From an uncultured Acidobacteriota bacterium (GTDB taxonomy: Bacteria; Acidobacteriota; UBA6911): a DNA stretch of 64,000 nt. Of this stretch, positions 1 to 10,311 are shown one piece after another. The stretch lies in the NCBI GenBank assembly GCA_963827655.1, contig CAWHCF010000035.1, positions 1-64,000 on the forward strand, given 5' to 3'. Under the pieces are notes generated by a model. It made no database searches, was not told the origin of the DNA, and worked only from the letters and a program-made list of their open reading frames with translations. The position numbers and the translations under genes were made by a program. The stretch's first letter is position 1. Each line of letters opens with the position of its first letter.

Positions 1-242
1 TCTCCCGCTCCACACAAGTAGAATAAACAATGCGCATCCGGCCAAAACAGCGAGGGCATTCCAAAACGTCCAGAGCGAACACTCGGCTGCACCTGCCCTT
101 TGTAGAAACTCTCGACGCGACTGTCGCTCAAGCATCTTCTCCCTCGCCGCAGATGAAACGCTTCCTCAAACAACACTGGCGGCGCGTGAACGCCGCTGGG
201 CTCTTGCGTCCTGCACCGCTGTGACAACTGGCTCTCGCCCTA

Positions 243-994
243 TCACTTCAGGGCTTCTGTCGCTTGTTGATCCTGTGCCTTTTGGTAGCTCTCCATTACT
301 GCCCCGTAGTTCGGCGCCGCAATCGCGTACAGTTTTGCGAGTTCGGCGGCTTCGGGACGATTCCACGTCCGGTGGATTTCGCAGATCACGACATTAGCGT
401 TCGTCGGGATGACGCCCGCTTGCGTGAAGCGAGCGCGTGTTGTTCGGGACACCATTTCACTCGGGTCGCCGGAGGCATCGATCACTGCGTACACCTTGAA
501 CCCTGCCGCTCTTCATCCAGCGCCGGGAACATGACGCAGACGCTGGTCCATACACCGGCCATGATCAACGTCTTTTTTCCGGTCGCGCGAACGGCCTTGA
601 CGAAGTCTTCGTTATCCCACGCGTTGACTTCACCTTTGCGAGGAACGAAGACAGCATGCGGAGCATACTGATTGATTTCCGGCATAAGCGGACCGTTGGG
701 CCCATTGGGCTCTGATGCTGTCGTGATGACCGGTATTTTCAGCAACGTCGCCAGCTTGGCAAGCGCCGTTACATTTGCCCGCAGCTCGGCCACACCTATG
801 TCTTTCACGGTCTGAAAGAGACCCGACTGGTGGTCGAGTAGCAAGAGAACTGTATCCGAAGGATCGAGCAAGGCTTGGCCTCCGCCAGTGCTCAACACGC
901 TCGACCGCGCTGTGCCGGGATCCTGGCGCGGCTGTGCCATCGTGATTTGCTGGTAACCAAATAGACTGATCAACAACAACTCAAGCAGCAGCAT
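243..994 (-). CDS. Isochorismatase/YcaC-like cysteine hydrolase (one frameshift near 490-510)
   Basis: ORFs 482..1564 (distal part) and 243..494 join. Motifs [45 protein letters not shown]. Start is uncertain. Confidence 0.85.
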
Positions 995-1285
995 TCTTGC
1001 GAAAGAGTCGGGAAATGCAATATCCCTGAGACACAATGACGCTGCCATGATCTGTTTTCCACGGTCGGTTACTCTCCACCTCCGAGTGCGCGGTATCTTG
1101 GCAATCAATTTGTGTGCATGAAAGCGGTTCAAGATTCGGCTGACCTTTGCGCTTTGCTTCTTGGGATTAAGGGCGAGATCCCGTAGATGTGGGGAGTCTT
1201 CAAGGGAGGCGCGTATATCCGAGTTGGTGAGTCCTCGGATATGATGATGGCCCGCCATCACTGCCTTGAACAGTTGAATATCGTC
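995..1285 (-). pseudogene. C-terminal remnant of a transposase-like protein ending in a winged-HTH
   Basis: GLTNSDIR...[33 protein letters not shown] resembles, from memory, the C-terminus of a mobile-element-associated protein family. No N-terminus is present. Confidence 0.55.
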
Positions 1286-1297
1286 CCGGGAAAGCGG

Positions 1298-1784
1298 ATG
1301 GACCCACTCCTCTGCACCTGTGGGGCTGAGATGAAGATCGTCTCTTTCATCACTGATACGCGAGTGGTCGACCGGATTCTCAGACATCTGAAGAGTCAAG
1401 AGTGCCGCGCGCAGGACCCGTTCGAGCCGCGTGCACCCCCGGAGGCAGGCGGCAACATTTTGCACTGATCTCCAACCAAGGCGGCACGCTCGAGCCTCGG
1501 CGAATGGCTCCCCAAGGCTCCGACACTCGACGTGTGCCCGAGCAGTGCGCTCGATGTCGCGCATCTTTCCGGATAGAGAAGGATATTTTCAGCGGTGAGT
1601 TGGCCGGATCGGTTTTGGCCCCCGAAGTTCCGTCCCACGGGCCCATCGACCCGCAAGGAGCTGAATTTGCCTTGAGCCGTACCCGGCCATGGGCCAGTGG
1701 GACCGAATTTTCGCTGCCGATGATCCATCTCAATTGCACTGCCTCCCGAGAATCTCACGTCGTGATCAAGATAGAATTCCCTAT
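1298..1784 (+). mobile_element. IS91/ISCR-family remnant: transposase C-terminus plus oriIS-like end
   Basis: [30 protein letters not shown]...PRAPP (1298..1468) is a typical IS91-family C-terminus. GAATTCCCTAT at 1774-1784 resembles the oriIS terminus. Confidence 0.7.
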
Positions 1785-1800
1785 AAATTCATGTGAGCAC

Positions 1801-2219
1801 CTATGAGGGGTAGCGACGCCTGACTTCGGCGATCGAGCCGGCAATTACTTTCTCGAGCACGCGGGCATCGACGTCCTCGAGTTTGCGGATGTACAGGCAA
1901 GCCTTCCCCATCTTGTGCTTTCCGAGTTTCTTGAGCAGCGTCTCTCTCTCTGGAAACAACGGAAACAGGTAGATGGTAAGGTCCGACTTTCGCGATGCGA
2001 ACGCGGCGATGCACATATCGCCCTCGTGCCCGCTATCATACTTGTAGTGATACTTGCCGAAGCCGACGATGTCGGGCCCCACATCTTCGGCTTCGCTTTG
2101 GTGATCTTTTCCATCATCTTCGCGAGTGTCTTGCAGTCCTGTCGTCTGGCGTCGTCTTCAATCTTCGCAATGTAGCCTGCGACACTCTCCTTCGTGGCTT
2201 TCGTCTTGATCTCGGCCAT
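1801..2219 (-). CDS. DUF1801 (YdhG-like) protein, frameshift near 2080
   Basis: MAEIKTKATKESVAGYI...PKMWG joins GPDIVGFGKYHYKYDSGHEGD...LGKHKMGKACLYIRKLEDVD. Confidence 0.85.
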
Positions 2220-2293
2220 TTCGATGTCCTTTCTCTCGCCGGTTACGCCCTTTCAGGGGTTTGTTGACCCGGGCGTTCAGAGAACATTAGGCT

Positions 2294-3112
2294 TCAAGCT
2301 CGTCGCTGGCAAGGACACGTCAATCGGCTTACCGAGCGCGCACATCGTCGCGGTGCTGGACTGGTTCGAGGAGTTGCGCGCCACGGTTCCACAACAGAAC
2401 GTATGGCACGCCCATCGAGGGGTTGACGAAGGGATTGAATCCTCCGGGTCCGTAGTGGCTTTCGACAGTACCTACCAATCGTTCCCATCCAATATTCATG
2501 AGCACCAGGATCGTGACTGCGATCAGCCCCACGCTCATTACGATGAACTGGAATCGGTAATGAGCACCGAGAGCACCCCCCCATGACTGGTGTACACGGC
2601 GACGCCAACCAGCAGCGCCGTCATCATCATTTCCAGATACCCTGCGTCGAGACCGGAAACCGTCACCAGAAACTCGCCGCCCGTCCGGAGGAAGACCCCC
2701 ATATTCAGCAGCCCGCCCAGCACAATCACAACCCCGGAAGGCCTGCCGTATCCGAGGCCCGAACTGTCTGTCCAATCAGGCTCGGGAATTGTGATGACGC
2801 CCGACTCGCGCAGGGGTTTTATGCAGAAACCGGTGAGACCCACGATCAGCATGGCGAGCGCCATCAGAATGCCGGGCGTCGCCCCGGCGAAACCCTTCTC
2901 AAACCATTTTGCGCGGCATACATGCAGGTGATAATGCCGAACTCCGTGGCGGCGAGCGATGCGATCCCGAGATAGAGATCTACTTCGCGTCCGGCTACCA
3001 GAAAATGATCAACATTCTTTGCATACCTCCGAACCATCACGCCTGCTGCCATTGTCACCAGCAGGTAAGTACGCACGATGGTGCCATCGAGCATCCAATT
3101 GAATTCCGACAT
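2294..3112 (-). pseudogene. Sodium:solute symporter, N-terminal part only, fragmented
   Basis: DHFLVAGRE, LGIASLAATEFG, GVITIPE, GGVLSVLITD spread over 3-4 frames. Much shorter than a full SSS transporter. Confidence 0.75.
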
Positions 3113-3232
3113 GCAGGCCGCATTCTCCTTGTAGAAGGGAATTGATGGTGTATGGTCACGATCCGGAAAGACTCGGACGCTGCTGCGAGTTTGGGGACGA
3201 CGTTGGGTATGGCGTCGCTGCCGATGAACCTG

Positions 3233-4874
3233 TTATCTCGCCAGGACCGGGTCGATCTCGACGATGCGCCCTTCGATCCGGGCGCCCACAGTACCGCTTC
3301 TGGCCGCGTAGCCGTAAAGCGCCATCAGGAAAGAGATCTCCGTAGTCCGGTATTCGATCCGTCCGAATCGTCCCGCAAGCTTGATGCTCTCCTCTTCCAT
3401 CGTCTGTCCTTCAAGCGCGATACTGTAGGTTCGGTAGGGATCGAGGTCGCTCCAGACGATTCGCTTCCCGGGCGGTTGCCGCCGATCAAAGGAATAACGC
3501 GCGCCGGAAATCTGAATCACACTGTCGGGCTCGCCCGTCATCCGAGTGGGCACGTTGGCATCGAGAATCTCGAGCAGGTCACGCCCCGTGATCCGGGTAG
3601 TCACGAGTAACATGTCCCAGGGACGGCTGCATGCGATCAGGTCTCCGATGTCCACCGTGCCGGCCGGATCGGAGTGCTTCGCGCCGGGGAATACAGCGCG
3701 ATGTCGGCGCCGGTGGCATCCCGCATGGCGTCGGTGATCCAGTTTCCGAGCCGGGCTTCCATTCCCGCCAGGCCCACGGCTTCGGGAGCGCGTGCCACCG
3801 GGTGTGTGCGCCAAGCGTGAAGGACTGGGGCTCGACGTGGCTCGAGCTTGGCTTCCCAGCGCTCCGGTCCCCGTCTGACGCGAAGCTGCTGGTCTGGAGC
3901 GAAAGGGGCGGAGAAGATCGCGACCTTGTTGACCAGCACCTTGAGAGGCCGGGATAAGTCGAAAACCTCGGCATCGGGAGTGAAAACAAACTCGGCAATA
4001 TTCTCCGTATCGAAGTGAGCCCGGTATCGGTCTTCGGCGTTGGCGCGGATAATGGCCTTTCTGCCGGGTCGTCCCAGGACTTCCACCCGGGTCCAGTACG
4101 CCTTGCCGTGCAGCGGTGTATCGATCTCGAAGGTGTATTCACGGGGGTGAGCGACGCGTCGGTGCTCGACCAGCCAGCCAAAGATGCGATCGAAATCTTT
4201 TACCGGTCCGAAGTGCCCCTCGCCCGCCAGGAAATCGGCTCGGCTGGCCGAACCGAGCCGCACCATGCGCCCGAAACCGACGGCCACGGCAGCTCGGTAT
4301 TTCGGGTGATCGTCCGTGCCTGAAATCCACCAGAACGGCACCAGCCGGGCATTGGCCGCAAGCCAGGGATAGCTGATCGCAGCCGCAAGCGGCGCTGCCG
4401 CTGCGAACAGGTCCGGATAGTGAAGCGCCAGGTACGCGGAGCCGCTGCCGCCCATCGAGTGCCCTGTAACGTAGATCCGATTTTCGTCGATTCGGTAGCG
4501 CTTTCTTACCTCTTCAAGAACGCAGAAGACGTCGTGCTCTCCGATGTCGCGGTACTCGAAGGCTCCTCGTCCAAAGGGGCTCACGAGAAGAGTTCGATAC
4601 TTCTCGGCCACGTTCTTGATGATGCCGTTGCCGTAACGGGCATCGTCGAATACGGTCGATTCATTTCCGCTGGTTCCGTGCAGGAATAAGACCAGCGGGA
4701 ATCTCGTGCTCCCGTATAGGAAGAAGGAACATAGAGGCGATAGGGTTGGTCCGTGCCGTCCACCGGAGACCGGTAGCTGAGCTTGAGATCCTGACCCGCG
4801 GCTCGAACCGCGGGTGCTTCAGCCTGCGCGAGGGCGGCGGCCGCCGCAGTGATGAGCAGAAGAAATCGCGTCAC
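3233..4874 (-). CDS. Secreted esterase/peptidase (GHSMGG) fused to a 5'-nucleotidase C-terminal-like domain; several frameshifts
   Basis: Signal peptide MTRFLLLITAAAAALAQA; YRSPVDGTDQPYRLYVP; IDENRIYVTGHSMGG; then LGNWITDAMRDATGADIAL and QISGARYSFDRRQPPGKRI. Confidence 0.75.
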
Positions 4875-5292
4875 GTTGTCTCGACTCCTTTTCTGTCAGG
4901 TGCGCCACGAATGCTGACGCCGAAGCCGGCGAAACGAACCACGGACCGGTTTCGATGGAGGCTTGCGGCAGGCTGGATTGTACATCAAGCGTTGAAATAC
5001 AGGCGAGCGACCTGAGATTCCGCTCATCCAGATGGTCCATCGCTTGCTTGCGCCTTGTTTTCGCGGCAGCTTACGGCCGCGGCCGCCACAGAGAGCGCGT
5101 ATCGGCCGTTCCCAGCGGCTTCAGGCCGCGACGTGTCGGAAAGTCAGTCACGTGGTGAAGTTCGCCTGATAACCAACTCCGCCTCCCGATACGGAACTTA
5201 CTCACGTTCTAATTACACCGTTGTAAAAACAAGAGAGTATAATGTCTTCTGGTCGGCATGCTGCCGAGCACTCTGAGCAAGCTAGGGATGTT

Positions 5293-5430
5293 CGGCTAGT
5301 TGTCGACACGATTCCCCCCTTGGCACGGACCAGTCGTCCAGTTGGCTCCGCCGAATTCTTCAATCAGCGCTGGCTGGACTATACGGGCAATACTCTTGAG
5401 GAGCTGAACGACTGGGCCACACCTTACATC
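5293..5430 (+). pseudogene. PAS-domain fragment
   Basis: RLVVDTIP...GSAEFFNQRWLDYTG...LEEL..W, with no remainder of the gene. Confidence 0.6.
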
Positions 5431-5536
5431 CCGATGATCTCCCCCTCCTGCGTACCCTGTGTTGCTGTCGGATATTGAGAACCGTAAGCTTTGAAGCCGC
5501 GGGAGGCCACTCAAGGGCACAAACGAAAGGAGAACG

Positions 5537-5929
5537 ATGAAGAACATAAGCTCAATTGTGGTTCTGCTGTGTCTCATGGCGGGCACGCTGATGGCTCAGG
5601 AGCCTAAGGTCACCCCGCTCATGACGAAAGATCTGGCGGACATTCCCGGCAGGGAGGTGCTGATGATGATAGTGGAGTATCCCCCCGGCGGGGCAGATCC
5701 CATCCACCGACACAATGCACATGGATTCATCTACGTGCTGGAGGGCTCCGTTGTGATGCAGGTGAAGGGTGGAAAACCAGTAACCCTGACACCAGGACAG
5801 ACCTTCTATGAAGGACGCGACGATGTTCATGTCGTCGGCAGGAACGCGAGTAGTACGAAGCCGGCAAAATTTCTCGTGTTCCTGGTCAAGGACAAGGGCG
5901 CCCCACCGCTAGTGCCAGTTGCGAAATGA
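5537..5929 (+). CDS. Secreted cupin-domain protein
   Basis: Signal peptide, HRHNAHGFIYVLEG and H(VVGRNAS) cupin motifs, GGAG RBS. Confidence 0.9.
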   Translation: MKNISSIVVLLCLMAGTLMAQEPKVTPLMTKDLADIPGREVLMMIVEYPPGGADPIHRHNAHGFIYVLEGSVVMQVKGGKPVTLTPGQTFYEGRDDVHVVGRNASSTKPAKFLVFLVKDKGAPPLVPVAK

Positions 5930-6087
5930 CGGGCGAGCAAAGCCCCGATGAGAAGTGAAATTCGACACAACTCGGATGTGTCTCAACCCGTTACTCGTCG
6001 GAATTGCAGACGACGAATGAAAGCTCATAGCTACTCGGAATACATATTTAGAAACTTAACCGTCTCACGACGGGCGAGGAGGGTCGT

Positions 6088-7203
6088 ATGAAAATCGTGG
6101 TTATTGGCGGAAGCGGACTTATTGGGTCAAAGCTTGTAACCAAGCTCAGTGCGCAGGGCCACGAGGCCGTGCCAGCGTCACCAAATTCGGGCGTCAACAC
6201 TCTCACTGGGGAGGGACTGGCGGAAATCCTTGTGGGCGCCTCCGTGGTCGTCGACGTGTCGAACTCTCCCTCTTTTGAGGACGCGGCAGTGCTGAAGTTC
6301 TTCGAGACGTCAACGCGCAACCTGCTAACGTATGAAGCAGCCGCCGGCGTCCACCATCACGTAGCGTTATCAGTTGTGGGAACCGACCGTCTTTCCCAGA
6401 GCGGCTACTTCCGCGCGAAGATCGCACAGGAGAAGCTGATCAAGGAATCCTCGATCCCCTACTCGATCGTCCACGCGACGCAGTTCTTCGAGTTCGTAAA
6501 AAGCATCTCAGACGCCGCCACCAGCGGCAATACGGTTCGCCTTCCACCTGTGCTCTTCCAGCCGATGGCGGCTGACGATGTCGCCGGTGAGGTGGGTAAG
6601 GTCGCGTTGGGGACGCCATTGAAAGGCAGCATTGAAATAGCGGGGCCCGAACAGTTTCGGTTCGACGAATTTTTCCGCCGTGCCCTGCGCGCACGCAACG
6701 ATCCGCGCGAGGTTGTCGCGGACCCGCACGCACGTTATTTCGGAGCAGAGCTGAGCGAGAGCACACTTGTTCCGGGCGATGGCTCGCGACTCGGTGAAAC
6801 GCGTTTCGAAGACTGGCTCCGGCGCTCCACGTCTCAGATAGCGACTACGAATCCACATCCAGCGGTTGCAGCGGCTCCGATCGAGCGAGCGGCACTCAAA
6901 GACAACGAATTTCGGATCAGCCAAGTGGCGCCTGGATCGGCCTTACTGGTAGGGAGTGTCGTCGTGTATAACGTCGCGGGAAGCTTCTGTGCCACGCAGG
7001 ATAAATGCACGCACAGGCAAGGTCCGCTGAGCCAAGGTAAACTCGACGGATCAACCTTGACGTGCCCGCTTCATGGTGCGCAATTCAACGTCTGCACCGG
7101 CGCCGTGCTGCGTGGCCCGGCCAGGGATCCGCTCAAGACCTACCGCGTGATTGTGGATGGCGAGATCGGGCGGATCGAGGCGGTCCAGTCGCAGCAGAGC
7201 TAA
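6088..7203 (+). CDS. NmrA-like/atypical SDR fused to a C-terminal Rieske [2Fe-2S] ferredoxin
   Basis: MKIVVIGGSGLIG, GYFRAKIAQE; C-terminal CTH and CPLH Rieske ligands. Confidence 0.9.
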   Translation: MKIVVIGGSGLIGSKLVTKLSAQGHEAVPASPNSGVNTLTGEGLAEILVGASVVVDVSNSPSFEDAAVLKFFETSTRNLLTYEAAAGVHHHVALSVVGTDRLSQSGYFRAKIAQEKLIKESSIPYSIVHATQFFEFVKSISDAATSGNTVRLPPVLFQPMAADDVAGEVGKVALGTPLKGSIEIAGPEQFRFDEFFRRALRARNDPREVVADPHARYFGAELSESTLVPGDGSRLGETRFEDWLRRSTSQIATTNPHPAVAAAPIERAALKDNEFRISQVAPGSALLVGSVVVYNVAGSFCATQDKCTHRQGPLSQGKLDGSTLTCPLHGAQFNVCTGAVLRGPARDPLKTYRVIVDGEIGRIEAVQSQQS

Positions 7204-7352
7204 AGGCGATGCGTGAGGGCCGAGACACCTCAGGACGACATCGTTCTTCGGTGGCAATCTATAAAGACTGTGAAGGCATCAGCCGCTTTCGCTCACGCGG
7301 AGCGGATTCTGGTTACGCGTGACCATCAGGATCTCGCAGAAGGGAGGTTGGA

Positions 7353-8015
7353 ATGAAGGATAAGATTCGTCACTATGCCGATGACAAGATCGACATAAGC
7401 TATGACGCGGGGCGCTGTATCCACGTGGCAGAATGCGTGCGCGGCCTGCCTGGGGTATTCGACACCACCCGCCGGCCGTGGATTTTGACCACCGCCGCCA
7501 GCCCCGACGCAATCGCTGCGGTAATCGCGAAATGCCCGAGCGGAGCCTTGCACTATACGCGGCGCGATGGGGGCGAGGCGGAGACGTCGTCCGACGAAAC
7601 GACGATCGTGCCGACGCCGGCCGGCCCGCTTTACGTACGCGGGCGGGTTCAACTACGGTCGGCCGATGGCGAGGTAATCATTGACGACGTGCGACTGGCG
7701 CTTTGCCGCTGTGGACAGTCGCACAACAAGCCGTTTTGCGATAACAGCCATCGCAATGCGGGCTTTGAGGATCCAGGCGCTGTCACAGCCGGGGGCGCGC
7801 GGGCTGAAACCAGCAATGGCCTGTCGATCACGGCCTCGGCGAATGGGCCGCTGCAGGTGGAGGGTGCATTTGTGCTGCGAGGCGCAGACGGACTGGGCCA
7901 GTATGAAGGCACTGAGGCCGAACTGTGCCGCTGCGGCGCCTCGCGCAACAAACCATTCTGCGATGGAACGCACCAGGAGATCGGCTTCCGAACTGAAGAT
8001 ACTGTTGACGCCTGA
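7353..8015 (+). CDS. Divergent 4Fe-4S (Fer4_19-like) domain plus two CDGSH Fe-S domains
   Basis: CIHVAECVRGLP...CPSGAL; LCRCGQSHNKPFCDNSH; LCRCGASRNKPFCDGTH. Confidence 0.9.
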   Translation: MKDKIRHYADDKIDISYDAGRCIHVAECVRGLPGVFDTTRRPWILTTAASPDAIAAVIAKCPSGALHYTRRDGGEAETSSDETTIVPTPAGPLYVRGRVQLRSADGEVIIDDVRLALCRCGQSHNKPFCDNSHRNAGFEDPGAVTAGGARAETSNGLSITASANGPLQVEGAFVLRGADGLGQYEGTEAELCRCGASRNKPFCDGTHQEIGFRTEDTVDA

Positions 8016-8265
8016 CGGCATAGCTAAACGAGCAGTACCAGGCCGGCAAGATTCCTGGTGTTCTGGGCAATGACAAGCGCATTCGGGCGGTTGTGTCCGC
8101 AGGGCGACTTGTCGGAATGACCGCCAAAGCAACACCTAAATGAGAAGTAGCAGTTCAAAACAATTCTAAGTGTCTCGAACAACATTCATCCGAATGGCGG
8201 ACAGCGAAAGCAACGTCAATGTGACTAAAGAAAGCTCGGTTATAGCGAGTAACAGTTCGTCCGTT

Positions 8266-8420
8266 ATGCGGTGCGTCCCGTCGTTAAGGCGCATCGCCAC
8301 GGTCGAGAGCCTACGGGAGCACCTGCAGTGGGCGATTGAGCTCGAGCACTTCACCCTGCCCGCCCTATCTGTGTGCGCTGTACTCGCTTGACCCAGACCG
8401 CAACCCGGACGCCACCAAAG
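8266..8420 (+). pseudogene. Ferritin-like (VioB-related) domain, N-terminal fragment
   Basis: SLREHLQWAIELEHFTLPA, then YLCALYSLDP in another frame. Truncated. Confidence 0.65.
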
Positions 8421-8600
8421 CGATTCTTCTCATACGGTACCTCCTTCAAGTATGCGGTAATTGAACGCATGCGTAATCTGCAATCACGAATCAGCGTTCA
8501 GAACAAGCGTTATGTCTCCTCTCTATGAAAAATTCTGCCAGCCGAAGGCTATCCGCCGTACCCTTCGAGTCCGCTATGCGCTGGCGCTGTGCTTGTCGCG

Positions 8601-9602
8601 CTACGGTTGCAGATGTCTCTTCAGCTCCGCGGCTGCATGCTCAAACAGAGAACGAACCGCCGGCTCTTCCGCCAACCCATTCAGCAACCCGAAATCGTGG
8701 ATCATGCCGTCGTAACGCGCCGTGGTGACTTTGACTCCAGCCTCGTCGAGCTTGCGCCCGTACGCTTCGCCCTCGTCGCGCAGGATGTCGCTTTCGGCGA
8801 CCTGTATCAGCGCCGGAGGCAATCCCTTAAGCTGTTCGACCGTTGCCTGCAAGGGCGATGCATAGATTTCTTTGCGTTGGTTAGGGTCAGTAGTGTAGAG
8901 ATCCCACATCCACTTTATCAGAGGCGTGGTGAGGAAACGCTTCTCGCCGAACTGTTTATATGACTCGGTCTCGAAATTAGCGTCCGTGACCGGCCACATC
9001 ATGATATGAAGTTTGATGTTCGGGCCACCCTTCTCTCTGGCCCTGAGCGCGGTCACGGCCGTCATATTGCCGCCGACGCTGTTACCGACAACCGCCAGGT
9101 TTTTCCCGTCAACATCAATCTCGGCGCCGTGCTCAGCCACCCAACGAGTGGCGGCATAGATTTCGTTGATAGCTTGTGGATACCTGGCATCGGGGGTGCG
9201 CGTGTAATTGACGAAGACCCCGCCACAGCCGGTAAGAACGACGAGGTCACGCACCATCCGCTTGTGCGTCGGGTAATCGCCTAGAACCCAGCCGCCGCCG
9301 TGTATGAAGATGAAGACCGGAAGCTTGCCTTTAACGCCCTCGGGGCGCACGACGTTTAGTTTGATCGTGTAGCCATCGGCCGCGATAGTTTTGTCCGACT
9401 CTTCGATACCTGAAAGATCAACTGGAACTGATGCTTGCGCATTGACCAGCACCTCGCGCGCTTCAAGTGGAGGTAAGGTTTCAAGCGGCGGCCCGCCGGA
9501 AGAATTCAACACTTTCAAAAATGCCTTCACGCCACGTGAAAGGCGCGGATCGACTGCAATCTCTATCGGTTTTTCACGCTCTGTTTTTGCTCTAGTGCTC
9601 AT
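8601..9602 (-). CDS. Alpha/beta hydrolase (HSL-family esterase/lipase)
   Basis: HGGGWVLG, GNSVGG, DILRDEGEAY, GMIHDF. ATG at 9602 follows AGGAGA. Confidence 0.92.
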   Translation of the reverse strand: MSTRAKTEREKPIEIAVDPRLSRGVKAFLKVLNSSGGPPLETLPPLEAREVLVNAQASVPVDLSGIEESDKTIAADGYTIKLNVVRPEGVKGKLPVFIFIHGGGWVLGDYPTHKRMVRDLVVLTGCGGVFVNYTRTPDARYPQAINEIYAATRWVAEHGAEIDVDGKNLAVVGNSVGGNMTAVTALRAREKGGPNIKLHIMMWPVTDANFETESYKQFGEKRFLTTPLIKWMWDLYTTDPNQRKEIYASPLQATVEQLKGLPPALIQVAESDILRDEGEAYGRKLDEAGVKVTTARYDGMIHDFGLLNGLAEEPAVRSLFEHAAAELKRHLQP

Positions 9603-10311
9603 CTTCTCTCTCCTTTTCTGTGAACGAGTTCGTCTTTTCCACCCTATCATTGCGTTCTGAGCGCTCCGGTTCCAAAGAACGATTTATTAACAGACCTAAT
9701 GCGTTGCTGAAAACCGCCCCCTGATCCCAGAAGCTTGCGCAATCCGTCTTTGAACAGCTGTCCCAATCGGGTCAGAAGATAAGTCTTTTATCCGTGACTT
9801 CGTTGCATTTTACGAAGAAATATTATGCAGCGATTGTGGAATAAGCCATGGGCAAATCGTGATCGCGAAGGTAGAGGGCGGCATTATCAACGTACCGCAA
9901 TCATCACTCCTGACACGCGGGCACAGCGGGAGCCAGCGGGGAAGGCAAAGTCTTCCGAGTCGATCCCCGCGCCCACCCTTGTCACACGCCGGCCAGTCGC
10001 GATCCGCCCAGATACCGAAGTTCCGTAGAGTTCGGCAAGCAGCGGGCGGGCGTTGGCCTTCAGAGAAATTTTCTCAGCGAGGCTGCTTTTCGTGGCGTCA
10101 GAGAATGTCCTTCTTGTACTCTTTAGCTTAGTTCGGCCGGTCAGTTTCCCGGTTCGGAGTCTGCCCTTTGCGGCCTAGCAACATTTGATGACGGAAGCAC
10201 CGGGAGTTGTGAGAGTAATGGCGATTTATCGCCAGTTGTCCAAAAATTGGGTCGAGATTCTATGCACAAAGGCTGGAACGCGGCTTGCCCCGTTTATCCG
10301 GCGCTTGGGTA

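Noticed and set aside
482-1564. 360-aa ORF as a single gene
   Set aside because: It is a chance join of IS remnants and the hydrolase.
9685-9715. IS-end-like sequence (attaacagacct, gttgctgaaaa)
   Set aside because: No partner end or transposase was found.
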